DNA of 64,000 nucleotides from Candidatus Latescibacterota bacterium (GTDB lineage: Bacteria > Latescibacterota > UBA2968 > UBA8231), in contig OZ242005.1 in assembly GCA_965204725.1 (NCBI GenBank), forward strand, positions 192,001 to 256,000, in the 5' to 3' direction. The translations under genes were made by a program, and so were the position numbers. The notes under the pieces are model-generated. The model ran no database searches, was not told the origin of the DNA, and saw nothing but the letters and a program-made list of their open reading frames with translations. Shown here one piece after another: positions 62,945-64,000 of the stretch; position 1 is the first letter of the stretch; the number at the start of each line of letters is the position of its first letter.

Positions 62945-64000
62945 ATGGCGCGCAACACCCGCTTCTTTTTGGGCGTCCTCCTGCTAGCCGCCCTCGCACC
63001 GCGGTTGGGCTATTTGTGGGAACACCGCGCCAGCCCCTTCTTCGACGCGCCCATCGTTGACGCCCAGACCTTTCTCAACCAAGCACAGGCCCTTATCAGC
63101 GGCCCATTCTGGGGCGGTGACGAACCGTACTGGCAACCCCCCCTCTACATCTACCTGCTGGCGTTCGTTTGCTGGCTCCTGCCGGCCTCGTACTTCGTCG
63201 GCATCCGGCTCATGCACGCAGGTCTCGGCGTCCTTTCCTGCCTATTGATATACTCGTTGGCCCGGCGGGCCTTTGGCGAGCAAGTCGGCCGCATTGCCGG
63301 CGTCGCGGCGGCCCTGTGCGGCTCCTTGCTCTACTTTGAGGGCGAGCTATTGGCCGTACCGGTGGAAGTATTCCTCAATCTTCTCCTCCTGTACCACCTG
63401 TTGCTGGCATGGCAACGAGATCGCGGGCGCGACTGGGTACTGGCCGGCTTCATCGCCGGCTTCGCGGCCCTCACTCGCCCCACCATCTTGCTCTTTATCG
63501 CGGCCTTTTGCGCTTGGGCACTGTGGCACCGGCGCGCAGCGGCCTACCGCTCCCTGTTCTCTTTTGTCGTTCCTATAGCCCTAGTCATCCTGCCCGTTAC
63601 CTATCGCAACTGGACCATTGAGCCGGACCTCGTCTTCATTTCCTCCAATGCCGGCGTCAACTTCTACATCGGCAACAACGCCAGCTACGAACGCACGGTC
63701 TCGCTGCGGCCGGGTATGCAGTGGGAGGCCATGATCGCACAACCGGCGCATTCGGGTCAGGAGACTGCGGCCGCCCAATCGGCCTTTTTTTTTGACAAAG
63801 CCCTTGATTACATAACGGCGCAACCCCTCGATTATCTCGGCCTGCTCTGCAAAAAAGGATTTCACTTTTGGAGCGGCCCCGAGACCAAGCGCAACCAAGA
63901 TATATACTACGCCCGTCAACACTCGAGGATATTGAGTCTCTTGCTCTGGGATTGGCACCTGTCGCTTCCCTTCGGCCTAATCGGCCCGCTGAGCTTGCTC
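62945..64000 (+). CDS. GT-C glycosyltransferase (GT39/PMT_2-like), paralog of 21632-23635, 3'-truncated by window edge
   Basis: Not in the ORF track; manual translation gives MARNTRFFLG...SPFFDAPIVDAQTF...PYWQPPLY...YFEGELL...NAGVNFYIGN...KRNQDIYY, matching the paralog. Confidence 0.85.
   Translation, partial: MARNTRFFLGVLLLAALAPRLGYLWEHRASPFFDAPIVDAQTFLNQAQALISGPFWGGDEPYWQPPLYIYLLAFVCWLLPASYFVGIRLMHAGLGVLSCLLIYSLARRAFGEQVGRIAGVAAALCGSLLYFEGELLAVPVEVFLNLLLLYHLLLAWQRDRGRDWVLAGFIAGFAALTRPTILLFIAAFCAWALWHRRAAAYRSLFSFVVPIALVILPVTYRNWTIEPDLVFISSNAGVNFYIGNNASYERTVSLRPGMQWEAMIAQPAHSGQETAAAQSAFFFDKALDYITAQPLDYLGLLCKKGFHFWSGPETKRNQDIYYARQHSRILSLLLWDWHLSLPFGLIGPLSLL

Noticed and set aside
63785-63793. 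T9 homopolymer as phase-variation tract
   Set aside because: In-frame Phe-Phe-Phe aligning with YFY in the paralog, and far from the 5' end.

Overview
GC-rich bacterial DNA, densely coding. I saw no rRNA, tRNA, CRISPR array or intact transposase/integrase. The gene families (FlgD-Ig/T9SS-like C-terminal domains, CRTAC1/ASPIC-UnbV, DUF4159, DUF6785-like, PhyH, many oxidoreductases) suggest an FCB-related lineage such as Latescibacterota; this is inference only. Left third (1-21.5 kb): sugar/sugar-acid catabolic enzymes interrupted by accessory DNA, namely a Schlafen/AlbA_2-HATPase-TPR gene, two divergent paralogous giant surface-protein genes, an Rpn-like nuclease and an AT-rich gene pair. One surface-protein gene is bracketed by a 49-bp direct repeat and carries a frame-setting 28-bp x3 repeat. 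Right two thirds (21.6-64 kb): a large envelope locus, the best candidate for an undescribed system. It holds five paralogous secreted proteins with a TPNGDGxND...V[AV]Y C-terminal domain, two 909-aa putative outer-membrane paralogs, two CBM9/DOMON-like proteins ending in [TS]WGRLK, two CRTAC1 lipoproteins, two GT-C+TPR glycosyltransferases, a PPIase and a PorV-like/TPR/ExbB/ExbD/DUF4159 operon. It resembles a non-canonical T9SS-like secretion, surface-assembly or uptake apparatus. All product calls come from motif recognition by eye; no searches were run.
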